Positions 55,601 through 64,000 of a DNA stretch of 64,000 bases are shown in pieces. Source of the stretch: an uncultured Gammaproteobacteria bacterium (lineage in GTDB: Bacteria > Pseudomonadota > Gammaproteobacteria > UBA9214); assembly GCA_963827755.1 (NCBI GenBank), contig CAWHCQ010000012.1:107843-171842 (forward strand), in the 5' to 3' direction. The notes beneath the pieces were generated by a model. It was not told the origin of the DNA and ran no database searches. It was given only the letters and a program-made list of their open reading frames with translations. Position numbers and translations under genes: made by a program. Positions within the stretch are counted from its first letter, which is position 1; each line of letters starts with the position of its first letter.

Positions 55601-56658
55601 ACCGTGACATGGACATTTGCAGGGATCAGGCCTTTGTTGACATCCTTCAGCTCTTCAACCTTTGCCAGAATCGCTTTGGCCACCTTGACACCGTTGGTTC
55701 CTTCTTTCTTGGCCACGGCGATGGTTACAGCCGGCGCACCGTCGGCCACAGGTGTGGAATCATCATGCGCGGAACCGGTAAAATGCGTCACCATCCTGGT
55801 TGGATCGGATGGCTCCTGGGACACATCGGCCACATCGCGCACATAAACCGGGGAACCATCACGCACTGCGACAACCAGGCGTTCAAGTTCTTTCGCGCTT
55901 GTGAGAAAAGAACCGGTGCGTACCGAAAACAGTGTGCCACCCGACTCGGCACTTCCTGCCGTCGTTTCCGCATTGGCGGTTTGTATGGTCTGCGCAACCT
56001 GGGCCAGGCTGAGACCGTAGCCGGACAGGCGCTCGGGCAGCACCTCGACTTTTATCTGCTCCTCACGACCGCCGACGATGAACCCCTTGCCGACATTGTG
56101 CACTTCACCCAGTCGCTGTAACACATCGAGACCGAGCGAGCGCAGGGCACCGTCATCCAGGTCTTCTGACCAGAGCGTCAGGGTTACAATCGGGACATCG
56201 TCAATTCCCACCGGCTTGATAAGCGGGGGGTTCACGTTAGGCGGAATTTTGTCCATGTTCGAGAGAATCTTGTCACGCACCTTGACAATCGATTCACCCA
56301 TATCCTCGCCGACCTTGAAACGCACCGTGACAATCGAATTCTCACGCTCGGTGGCTGTGTAGGTATGCCGTACACCGGGAATTTCCAGCAAGATGCGTTC
56401 CAGCGGTTCGGTCACCAGGCTGACTACCTGGCCCGCCGATGCACCGGGGTACTGAACGAAGATATCGATCATTGGAACCGATATCTGGGGATCTTCCTGG
56501 CGTGGTGTAAAAAACAGTCCGACCACACCCACAAGCAACGATACGATGAGTATCATGGGTGTAACCGGAGAGGTGATGAATATACGCGTTATTCTTCCGG
56601 CTATCCCCAGTGTGTGGGGGTCGTAATTGACAGGTGTCGAAAAATCTTGTTCAGCCAT
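52660..56658 (-). CDS. RND efflux permease (AcrB-like) with a long C-terminal extension
   Basis: PRQEDPQI, YPGAS, TM4 GILVDDATVVVENI, TM10 GIIVRQSILMVE and RMRPILITS; 1332 aa including a Pro-rich tail. Confidence 0.92.
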   Translation of the reverse strand: MAEQDFSTPVNYDPHTLGIAGRITRIFITSPVTPMILIVSLLVGVVGLFFTPRQEDPQISVPMIDIFVQYPGASAGQVVSLVTEPLERILLEIPGVRHTYTATERENSIVTVRFKVGEDMGESIVKVRDKILSNMDKIPPNVNPPLIKPVGIDDVPIVTLTLWSEDLDDGALRSLGLDVLQRLGEVHNVGKGFIVGGREEQIKVEVLPERLSGYGLSLAQVAQTIQTANAETTAGSAESGGTLFSVRTGSFLTSAKELERLVVAVRDGSPVYVRDVADVSQEPSDPTRMVTHFTGSAHDDSTPVADGAPAVTIAVAKKEGTNGVKVAKAILAKVEELKDVNKGLIPANVHVTVTRDYGKSANDKVNDLLGAMLEAALIVSFLCLIGLGARAAFVVIAVIPVVILLTIWWAMMVDYTIDRVSLFALIFSIGILVDDATVVVENIFRHWLEKGKTSVAVAIDAVREVGNPTILATLTIISALLPMGWVSGLMGPYMRPIPVLGSSAMFFSLIAAFIFTPWMAVKVAPRHAALEKAAMREKKAHERISRFYRPVIMVLVKNRKLGLIFLFGIIGLTAAVCMTFYTQHVAVKMLPFDNKPEFSVIVNMPEGTAMPDTANATLALAEAVRAMPEVTAVQTYAGTAQPFNFNGMVRHYYLRQRSWEGDLLVMLTDKKERKRGSHEIAVEARKILKPIADRMGARIAVVEMPPGPPVLNTVVAEVYGPDAGTRRQVATDMLAMFDEVENLVDTDTYMTDPYEFWRFEVATEKSVRLGVSVDTINGILAMAMGGYKLGDIKRGTVLEPTYIIIQVPLTIRSQVSRLGDLPIPTADGKTIPLSSLGHFVKGYEDPVIYSKDLRGVEYVVGEMEGRLGAPIYGMFGVEDLIKEYTTPDGVKMDTMPWTLLELNYDDTKSHFEWTGEWTVTYETFRDMGGAFMAALILIYGLIVWEFKNFALAGLIMSPIPITMLGIVPGHWIMGAEFTATSMIGMIALGGIIVRQSILMVEFVKLGVAKGMDVTDAAVKGAELRMRPILITSLTLMAGAFAILDDPIFNGMAISLVFGAGVSTLMAFIIIPMGCISAKKQFYIETGDDGTVAINPAYERMEKIPEKTESGASGTSLPVRLWGGIISMLGWVLIIIKAIFNLVAMGFKGVMGRRDKGTPPPPREPSPDGTPPPPAPPRGGGTPPPPREMPPSGGTPPPPREAPPSGGTPPPPREKPASAGTPPPPREAPPSGGTPPPPRETPASAGTPPPPRETPASAGTPPPPRETPASAGTPPPPGETPAAAGTPPSAEESPPATVTASDAADTEEVHSDDGPDDSPGRKRRGIRLKQDLS
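52797..53194 (-). repeat. ~39-bp coding tandem repeats (GTPPPPRExPxS, 10 copies plus one degenerate)
   Basis: Counted in the translation; visible on + as recurring GGTGGCGGTGGCGTACC. Confidence 0.92.
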
Positions 56659-56702
56659 GCTCTATTCCGCCTTATTATGTGCCTAGCTCGGTACGCTTAC
56701 TG

Positions 56703-57840
56703 TTAATTCCATGAGTTAGCGGGTTCGTTTGAGTCTCCTCCCTTGATAAAAATACGTTCCCCTATGCGCAGACCCGAGAGAATCGAAATCTTGTCAGCAC
56801 CGACGGTATCGCCGGTCCTCACCAGGCGCATTTCACGCTTGTTCTGTTCATTCATGACATAGAGCCCGGGCAAACTGCCACGCCATACCAACGCCTCGAG
56901 CGGGACAACCGGCAGATCGACAACCTGTGCATTGATATCCCTGATCTCGACTTCCGCGTACATGCCGGCACCACCCGGAGCGCCCGGTGGCAAATCCAGC
57001 TTGACGGTTACTGTATGACGGTCCTCGTCGGCAATCGGGAAAATCTGGGCAACACGCGCCTGGGTCATCACGTTGCCAACATCCAGCCTCGCCCTGAAGA
57101 CCATGTCTTTTTTAACACCCGGCATCAGCCGGGCAGGCACCTCGACCTTGATTTGCATTTTCGACAAATCGGAATACTTGATCAATGGTTGCCCGGGTTG
57201 TACCGGGTCACCTACTTCAACAAATTTTTTCGTGATCACGCCGTCAAATGGCGCAATCGATTTTGCGTCACGAATCTTGGTATCGATTTCCTCGATCGCG
57301 GAACGTGCAGCGATGAGTTGCCCGCGGGCCTGTTGTACAAACGTACCCTGCTGGTAGAGCTGTGCATGCCGGTCCATCCCCGGCGATGAATTACTACCCA
57401 TCATGCCCTGCATGGGATTGGTAAATCCTTTCATCATCGAGCCCAGGCCACCCATGGAATCATTGGCTTCACCGCCATAGGGCGAGATCACTTCGCGCGA
57501 ATACTGGACACCGGCGTTGCGCAGGGCAGCCTCGGCATTGGCAAGATTGGCAAAGGCCGCGCGGCGTTTGGCCAGCAAGTCATCGTCATTGATTGCAATC
57601 AGTTCCACGCCTTCTTCGAACTGGTCACCCTCTTCACCGGCAATGGACTTGATACGTCCGGGAATCTGCGCGGAAAACGTAACGTCTATAAAAGGAACCA
57701 CGGTGCCACCCAGCGTCACCATGGACCCGACAGGTACACCCTGGACAGTAATAAGCGTATCAGCCGCTACCGGCATAAGCACACCGAACAGCAGGACAGC
57801 CCCGGAAAGCAAGACTACTGACAAATTTTCTGATTATCAT
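56703..57840 (-). CDS. RND periplasmic adaptor (MFP) with Met/Gly-rich insertion
   Basis: Lipoyl halves SAQIPGRI...EEGD and APFDGVI...VEVGDPVQPG, C-terminal ILSGL. The likely start is ATG 57840 (GAGG RBS) with a 1-nt error, or TTG 57824. Confidence 0.88.
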
Positions 57841-58029
57841 TGCTAATCCTCACGCACATGACGCTGCAAGGCCAGGGTACACTTTGCAAGTACCGGCGCT
57901 GTCTGATGACAGCGCCTTTCAGGCCAACCAGACAACGGTTGGGTTGATCGAACCCTTACGGGCTTCTTCTGTCGATGAGGCAGCGGAGAGCATTATTCAA
58001 TATTATTGTTATCCACAAACTCACACTTG

Positions 58030-58060
58030 AAAAAACGCGCCCGCTTCATATCAGGCACGT
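58030..58060 (-). terminator. rho-independent terminator overlapping the SCP2 stop
   Basis: Minus strand ACGTGCCTG-ATATGAAG-CGGGCGCGT-TTTTT: 9-bp stem with two G:U pairs followed by a U tract. Confidence 0.55.
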
Positions 58061-58446
58061 CCCATTACAGTAAAACTTTTGATAAACGGGCCCGCCATCC
58101 GTGGATCCTTGATCATGGCGGCATAGTCGCCGATCTGGAACTTCAGCTTTCGCGAAGTGTAAGCCATACCCAGGCCCATCATACCGGGTGGCTTGGCCAT
58201 CCATTTGTTCCAGTTGTCAAAAGTAGCACGCAGATCCCAGCTCAATTTCTGGTCGTTATAGATCTCCCCGGCCGTCGCCTTGCCATTTTCAACGACGAGA
58301 ACGCAACGCGGTGTATCTTCGCCATCAAAACCGTAACCAATAACGGAATTAAAATTGATCTTTGCAAGCGCGTCTGATAAATCAGGCTCGGCATTCCACT
58401 GTTCCTGAAAACTGTTGACCCACTCACTGGAAAATAAATCTGCCAT
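58051..58446 (-). CDS. SCP2 (sterol carrier protein 2)-like protein
   Basis: GGAG RBS; LFSSEW start, LVVENGK, DLRAT...W and AYTSRKLKFQIGD resembling the SCP2 A-F-M-x-G-K-L-K-x-x-G-D motif. Confidence 0.7.
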   Translation of the reverse strand: MADLFSSEWVNSFQEQWNAEPDLSDALAKINFNSVIGYGFDGEDTPRCVLVVENGKATAGEIYNDQKLSWDLRATFDNWNKWMAKPPGMMGLGMAYTSRKLKFQIGDYAAMIKDPRMAGPFIKSFTVMGRA

Positions 58447-58909
58447 TTTTTTGTCTCCTCCGGATTATCGATCTTAATAAAACACCTAAGCTACGGAAAA
58501 AAAACCGCAAAAGCTACACAATCAAAATACCAAAACCCTGCCTGAAAATACAGATAAATGACGCCTGCTTAATCCGGGTAATCTTTAAGTTTCTGGTGAA
58601 AAAACAGAATATTAGTTATATAGTTGTGGTCAAGGCTAATTGCACCAGTTAAACCACCCCGTTATTATCCTTAAAACTATACACTATTTTCGAATATATT
58701 GGAATATTAATATCTAGTAGAATTCAACAGATTAGCCATATAGAATCATGTCAGGCCTGCAATTATTGCGAATGAGACGCATCTACGCAAACATGGGAAG
58801 CCTTACCCGGTTCCCCGCTGATCAAGTTCTTCAAGTAGCGTGCCGCTGACAAAGGGAATGACAGACAGCAAAGAAACGGGGCTGATGAATCCAGTACGAG
58901 GGAGCTAGC

Positions 58910-59383
58910 GTGAAAGAACAAAACGAAGAAACGAACGATTCGACGCACAGTGAACGCGGCATTGAAAGGCGCACCCCGTCATTATCGACCCTGCACGGCG
59001 CACTGTTTAAATATCGTCGTCGCGGCTCCCGGCGCCAGGGGGAGCACATCAATAGTTATGTTGACTGGTATGGCCACTGGACTCTGCTGGCAACCTTCAC
59101 GGTAATCCTGCTCTGCTGTGCAGATGCCTTTCTGACGATTGTTTTGCTGAGTAATGGCGCCGCTGAAATGAACGTCCTGATGGACTGGCTCATTCAGAAG
59201 GATATTCGTTCTTTTGCAGTTGTTAAAATGGGTGTTACCGGCCTGGCGCTTGTGGTACTGGTCATGCACCTTAACTTTCGTGTCTACAAGGTGATTGCCG
59301 TGCGTTACCTGATCTTTGCACTGGTGCCCATGTATTCAATGTTGATTGCACATGAACTGCATATGCTTTCCCAGCTTCACTGA
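58910..59383 (+). CDS. DUF5658-like membrane protein with Arg-rich N-terminus
   Basis: GGGAG RBS; ERR/RRR N-terminus, YVDWY, then DAFLT...GAAEMN...KM hydrophobic domain. Confidence 0.65.
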   Translation: MKEQNEETNDSTHSERGIERRTPSLSTLHGALFKYRRRGSRRQGEHINSYVDWYGHWTLLATFTVILLCCADAFLTIVLLSNGAAEMNVLMDWLIQKDIRSFAVVKMGVTGLALVVLVMHLNFRVYKVIAVRYLIFALVPMYSMLIAHELHMLSQLH

Positions 59384-59431
59384 CAGACTGGTTTGACAAT
59401 AGCAAGTCAGGTCTTCTTTTCACGGGCAGTA

Positions 59432-60055
59432 TTATTCAACAACCGGACAGACCTGCAGCAATTCCGCTGCAATCTCGCCGCTCAACTCTGCAATGGCCAT
59501 GCTGGATGCATGCACCAATGCCTCGTAGCTCCTCCCGGACATTTGCCTGGTGATCACTGAATCATACAAGCCAAGCGCCTTACCGGTTTTCTGGGAAACC
59601 AGTATCCAGCCGACATCCAGAATAACCGCACCACCGAACTGCCCGTCAAACTGCCTGACATCAAGCTCTATCCTGTAATCCGGCCTGAATCGCCGGGTCA
59701 GACGAAAATCCGCAACGTTACTGGATTGCAGCAAGCCGGACAGATTCTTTTTCATGACCCGTTCGAAATCATCCTGCAGGCTGCCGGCCCAGCGATGAAA
59801 TTCGTTGAAGTCCATCGTATTCGGGCCGCTGCGGGTAACGATCCGCGGCTGGTCCAGGTAACGCGGCCAGGTGACCGGTCCGATTCCAATCCCCTTCTCG
59901 CTACAGGCAGTGCCGGCAGATTCCGGCTGCACCGCCGGCATATCTGTACCGAGGGTATAGAAAGCAACCGGCGGTGACTTGCCGGCACAGCCGCTGGCAA
60001 GCATCACGACCAGGGCTGCCATTGCAGTCAGCATCCTGTACTTTTTTTTCATCAT
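59432..60055 (-). CDS. pqiC: PqiC-family lipoprotein
   Basis: Lipobox LASGC, FYTL, P.YLDQPRIV and HRWA; downstream of pqiB. Confidence 0.85.
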   Translation of the reverse strand: MMKKKYRMLTAMAALVVMLASGCAGKSPPVAFYTLGTDMPAVQPESAGTACSEKGIGIGPVTWPRYLDQPRIVTRSGPNTMDFNEFHRWAGSLQDDFERVMKKNLSGLLQSSNVADFRLTRRFRPDYRIELDVRQFDGQFGGAVILDVGWILVSQKTGKALGLYDSVITRQMSGRSYEALVHASSMAIAELSGEIAAELLQVCPVVE

Positions 60056-61603
60056 CAGTTCACCTTGCCCCGTATGAGTGCCTCGGGATGACGATCAAGA
60101 TAGTCAGCCAGGACACGCAGGGTACGTGCTGCCTCTGACAACTCGACCAGGGTATGCTGCAATTCCTGCGACAACGGTGCATCCGCCTCAAACATTTGTT
60201 TGACGGTTTTCAGCGTACTCTCGGCCTCGACAATGGTTTTATCCAGCTTGCCAAGCGTGACCGTCAGGTCCTTGCCCAGCTCGTCGAGTGGAAAATTCTC
60301 CAGCTTTTCCAGTACAGCAACAACACTCTTTGTGATCTCATCAATTGATGTCGGGAATGGTCGGCATCACCGGGTATTGACCGGACTTTTCAATGCGGGC
60401 CTGTTTGGCATCCGGATAAAAGTCCAGGTCCACATAAAGCTGGCCGGTCAGCAGATTGCCCATTTTCAGCTGCGCACGCAGTCCACGTTCTACCAGTCTT
60501 TCCAGCTGCGCCAGGCTCTCTTCCTCTGACTGCAGGAAACTCAATGGGGCAAGCCGCTCGGGTTCGGTTTCGATCAGGACCGGGATATGAAACTGCTCCG
60601 TTTCCGCATCAAACTCAATATCAACATCGATGACCCTGCCCAGCTGAATGCCCTTGAATTCCACTGACGCACCTTTTGATAAACCGCGTACCGAGCCGTC
60701 AAAATAGAGCAGGTACCTTCGTGTAATATTTGCCTCTCTGACCAGCACAGCTTCATGATTGTCATAAAGCTTGAAGACACTGTTTCTCGACGCAGGCCTG
60801 CCCAGTCTTCTGTTTTCCGGGACCTCGAAGGCAATACCGCCGATCAGCAGGCTGACCATGGATTCCGTCCCCACCTTGATACCTTCCGCCGTCATGGAAA
60901 AATCCACACCGCTGGCATTCCAGAAACGGGTATTCTCGGTAACATGCAGGTGGTGAGGAGCATACACAAAAACGGTAAAATCAACCGTTTCACCATCTTC
61001 AGACAGTTCATAGCTCTCTACCTCGCCGACCTTGATCTGGCGATAATAGATGGGGGCACCGACATCCAGCGAACCGCGCCGGCCCGCCTTCAGCACGAAG
61101 TGCAACCCGGGCTGATCGGTGGTGACGATCGGTGCAGATTCCAGTCCAATGAAATGCCTTGCTGATTCTCCCTCCTCAACCGGGTCAACTCCAATATAGG
61201 CACCACCCAGCAAGGTATTCAGGCCGGTCACACTTCCCGCGCTGATGCGGGCCCGCACCACCCAGAAACGGGTCTTGTCGGTCAGGTAGGGCCCGGCATC
61301 TTTGTTCATCTCGACGGTAACCAGCACATGCTCAAGATCTTCTTCAAGGTCGATTGCCGAAACCTGCCCGACCTCTACATCCTTGAATTTCATCTTTGTC
61401 TTGCCGGCCTCCAGGCCTTCAGCAGTCTTGAAGACAATGGTAATGGTCGGGCCGCGGTCGGAATATGCCTGCCAGGCTACCCATGCACCGATCAATGCTG
61501 CAACCAGCGGGATTAGCCAGACGATCGAGAAACCGCTGCGCGTGGTGGCTACGGCTTCCGGAATGGCATCATCAGACAGCGGATCAGGATGCGGGTTTGT
61601 CAT
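60055..61603 (-). CDS. pqiB: PqiB MCE-domain protein (frameshift near 60350)
   Basis: VWLIPLVA, three MCE domains (GLEAGKT, GSLDVGAPIYYR, GLSKGASVEFKG) and C-terminal HPEALIRGK before TGA at 60055. Confidence 0.88.
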
Positions 61604-62237
61604 CTATCGGTTCCAGGTTGTCCCAGATATGCCGGGGATCAAAAGACATGGCGGCAAAAATTGTAATGATAACAACAGCACCGAAAGAATATCGCACCAA
61701 GCCCCGCTTTGATGGTTGCGAGATTACCCAGGCTTACCAGTGCCACAAGAATAGTAACCACATAAATATCCGTCATCGACCAGCGACCCACGGCCTCGGT
61801 CATACGATACAGGCGCGCTCTCTCCTCGCGGTCGCCAGTGGGATTTTCGCTGCACCGAAATCAGCAGGTAGCTGAGCGTAATGATCTTTGCCAGCGGCAA
61901 CACGATGCTGGCAACAAATATCACCAGCCCGATCGGCCACTGGCCATGGAGCAAAAAATAGATAACACCGCTCATGATGGTATCTTCCTGCGTACTGCCA
62001 AGCGAGGTCACCGCTGTCATCGGCAGCAGGTTGGCGGGTATGTAACAAATAATCGCAGCAATCAACAGCGCCCAGGTGCGCGAAATACTGTTTGGTTTAC
62101 GTGCATGCAGAACCGCCCCGCAACGCGGACATTCAGCCTTTGCATGCGGCCCTGACGAAACCGCCTTGCTGAGCAGATTACAGCTGTGACAGGCGACCAG
62201 GCCGGCATCTGCAGCAGTTTTCTGCAACACCCGTCAT
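61584..62237 (-). CDS. pqiA: PqiA-family protein, second copy (frameshifted)
   Basis: ACHSC...CPRCG zinc ribbon, IPANLLP, GRWSM(T)D and C-terminal SFDPRHIWD, across several frames. Confidence 0.82.
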
Positions 62238-62845
62238 GCCCGGGACTCTACCCTGTTCCCACACAAGCCTGGGATCCAGGTTGGCTGACACGGCAGCCAG
62301 GACAAGAATAAGCAGCGCAAACGACCATAATGCAGTGCCGGGAATAATCTGTGCCATACCCACAAGTTTCACAACCGCGACCAGGATCCCGATCATGAAA
62401 ACCTCCATCATGCCCCAGGGCTCCATGCCGTGAAAAAACCGGAAAACAGTGCCCAGTTTCCAGGGTACGCGATTCAGGTACAGGGGCAGTAATACGTAGA
62501 GCAGCACCAGCAGCTGTAACAACGGCACGACAATGGTCGTCAACAACACCAGCAAGGATATTTCCCACATACCCTGCGTTGTATAGATCCACCACACCGG
62601 TAACGAGCGTGGTCTGGGTTTCCAGGCCCTGCATCTTGAAGGCAAGAAACGGGAATGAGTTGGCTACGACAAACAACATCAGTCCGGCCAGTGGTCAAGG
62701 CAAGCGAGCGTTCGATACTATTCGGAATACTTCGGTGCAGCAGGGCATTACAACGGCTGCACCTGGCAACACCGCCCCCTTGCTGTGCAGGAATACGCTG
62801 CAGCAGGTCACATTCATGACAGGCGATTAGATTCCCGTTATTCAT
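62234..62845 (-). CDS. pqiA: PqiA-family protein, first copy (frameshifted)
   Basis: ACHECDLL...CSRC, ANSFPFL, PWGMMEVF and DPRLVWE, across several frames. Confidence 0.82.
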
Positions 62846-62903
62846 CTATGGTGAAGCACCCTGTGTTCATCAAATACACCTGTTTTGATCTTACTATAAA
62901 ATT

Positions 62904-64000
62904 TCACGGCTTTTTGTCTTTATTAAAAATATGCACGAAATCGATAAAGCCCGGGGCAGACACGGCCTTTGAGTAGTACCAGCCCTGCGCATATTCGACC
63001 CCCCTTTCCTCCAGGTAGCGCTCCTGTTCAGGTGTTTCGATACCTTCGGCTATAACCTTCAGGCGAAGACGCTTTGCCATGTCGATGATTGAATCCACCA
63101 GGCCGGACATCAACGAATCTGTGCCGATTGTACTGACAAAAGACCTGTCGATCTTCAGGTAATCAAGCGGAAATGAACTGATATAACCCAGGCTCGAATA
63201 GCCGGTGCCGAAATCATCCAGCGCAATATGTGAATCACGCTTGCGTAACTTTGTCATCACGCCACGCGCCACCTCGTCATCATGCTGTATGAGGCCGCGC
63301 TCGGTAATTTCATAAATCAACTGGCTCGGCAGGATCACACTGTTGCCAAAAATCCTGCTGGATGTACTGAGTATCTTCTCCGATTCAAAATGGCAGGGAC
63401 TGAGGTTGATTGCGATATGTAAATCACGGTTCTCCCCGAGCAAGCCCTCCATCTCCAGCCGGATCTGCTTCATCAGCCATTCGGTCATCGGCTCGATCAG
63501 GCCCGTGTCCTCTGCCAGTGGAATAAACAGATCGGGACGCACCACCTTTCCGCCAGGCTGTATCCAGCTGATCAGGGCTTCTGCACCGACACAACGACCG
63601 GATTTCAGGTCAATCACCGGCTGGTAGTTGATCTCGAACTCGTTCTTCTGCAGGCTGCTCTCCAGTTCTCCCTGCAGCGACAGCCGACGCCCCAGTATCC
63701 CCAGTATCAGGAATATAAGAAATATCGAGCTGCCGACACCTATCGCACCCAGAATGAGGGCAACCCGTTTCCAGTCATGCAGAATCCATGCATCCGCGGC
63801 AGCAACCACCGAATACATGTCCGGGTAATCCTCGAGCTCGACTGCAAACAGCGTTCGCTTGATACCATCCTTGAACAGCGCCCTCAGCCGGGTGGATCCA
63901 TTACCACCCTCGGACTCGGATTCCACCATCTGCATTTCAGGCACATTTCCGTTGCGGGCAAATATATGGGTATCGTCCCGGCGCAACAGAACGGCAAAAC
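62904..64000 (-). CDS. membrane-anchored EAL-domain phosphodiesterase (5' end outside window)
   Basis: TM helix followed by YQP, GAEAL, EITE, DDFGTGYSS, KID, AEGIE and QGW, all intact. Confidence 0.88.
   Translation of the reverse strand, partial: FAVLLRRDDTHIFARNGNVPEMQMVESESEGGNGSTRLRALFKDGIKRTLFAVELEDYPDMYSVVAAADAWILHDWKRVALILGAIGVGSSIFLIFLILGILGRRLSLQGELESSLQKNEFEINYQPVIDLKSGRCVGAEALISWIQPGGKVVRPDLFIPLAEDTGLIEPMTEWLMKQIRLEMEGLLGENRDLHIAINLSPCHFESEKILSTSSRIFGNSVILPSQLIYEITERGLIQHDDEVARGVMTKLRKRDSHIALDDFGTGYSSLGYISSFPLDYLKIDRSFVSTIGTDSLMSGLVDSIIDMAKRLRLKVIAEGIETPEQERYLEERGVEYAQGWYYSKAVSAPGFIDFVHIFNKDKKP

Overview
A GC-rich (roughly 55-60%) gammaproteobacterial chromosomal segment whose gene content resembles Chromatiales/Thiohalobacterales-like sulfur oxidisers (inference). 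Most of it is housekeeping: leuCDB-asd-fimV-truA-trpFB, prmB-aroC-MFS, SCO/PCuAC/psd, an ECF sigma/anti-sigma/DUF3106 locus, suhB, queA-tgt-yajC-secDF, three tRNAs, a glycogen cluster (glgP, malQ, GH57, glgC, glgB), amrB/amrA, relA, a sigma54-driven PEP-CTERM-type gene, pqiAABC and a partial EAL gene. Many genes carry apparent single-base frameshifts, most likely long-read consensus errors. Two regions stand out. (1) A ~12 kb co-oriented cluster (46.3-58.4 kb): SCP2-like lipid carrier, an RND adaptor with a Met/Gly-rich hairpin-tip insert, an RND pump with a polyproline repeat tail and no TolC in the cluster, two Pro/Gln/Tyr/Gly-rich exported proteins, an orphan ParA, an Ala/Glu-rich membrane-anchored TPR protein, DUF302 and a dynamin-like GTPase. 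It could be a machine for building or positioning a periplasmic hydrophobic inclusion such as sulfur globules (hypothesis). (2) The flagellar regulatory cascade (FleQ, a sigma54 promoter, FleN, FliA, a short FlgM) with no flagellar structural or chemotaxis genes beside it, wrapped around a globin-PAS-GGDEF*-EAL gene; good sigma28 promoters also precede two tiny unknown ORFs elsewhere in the window.
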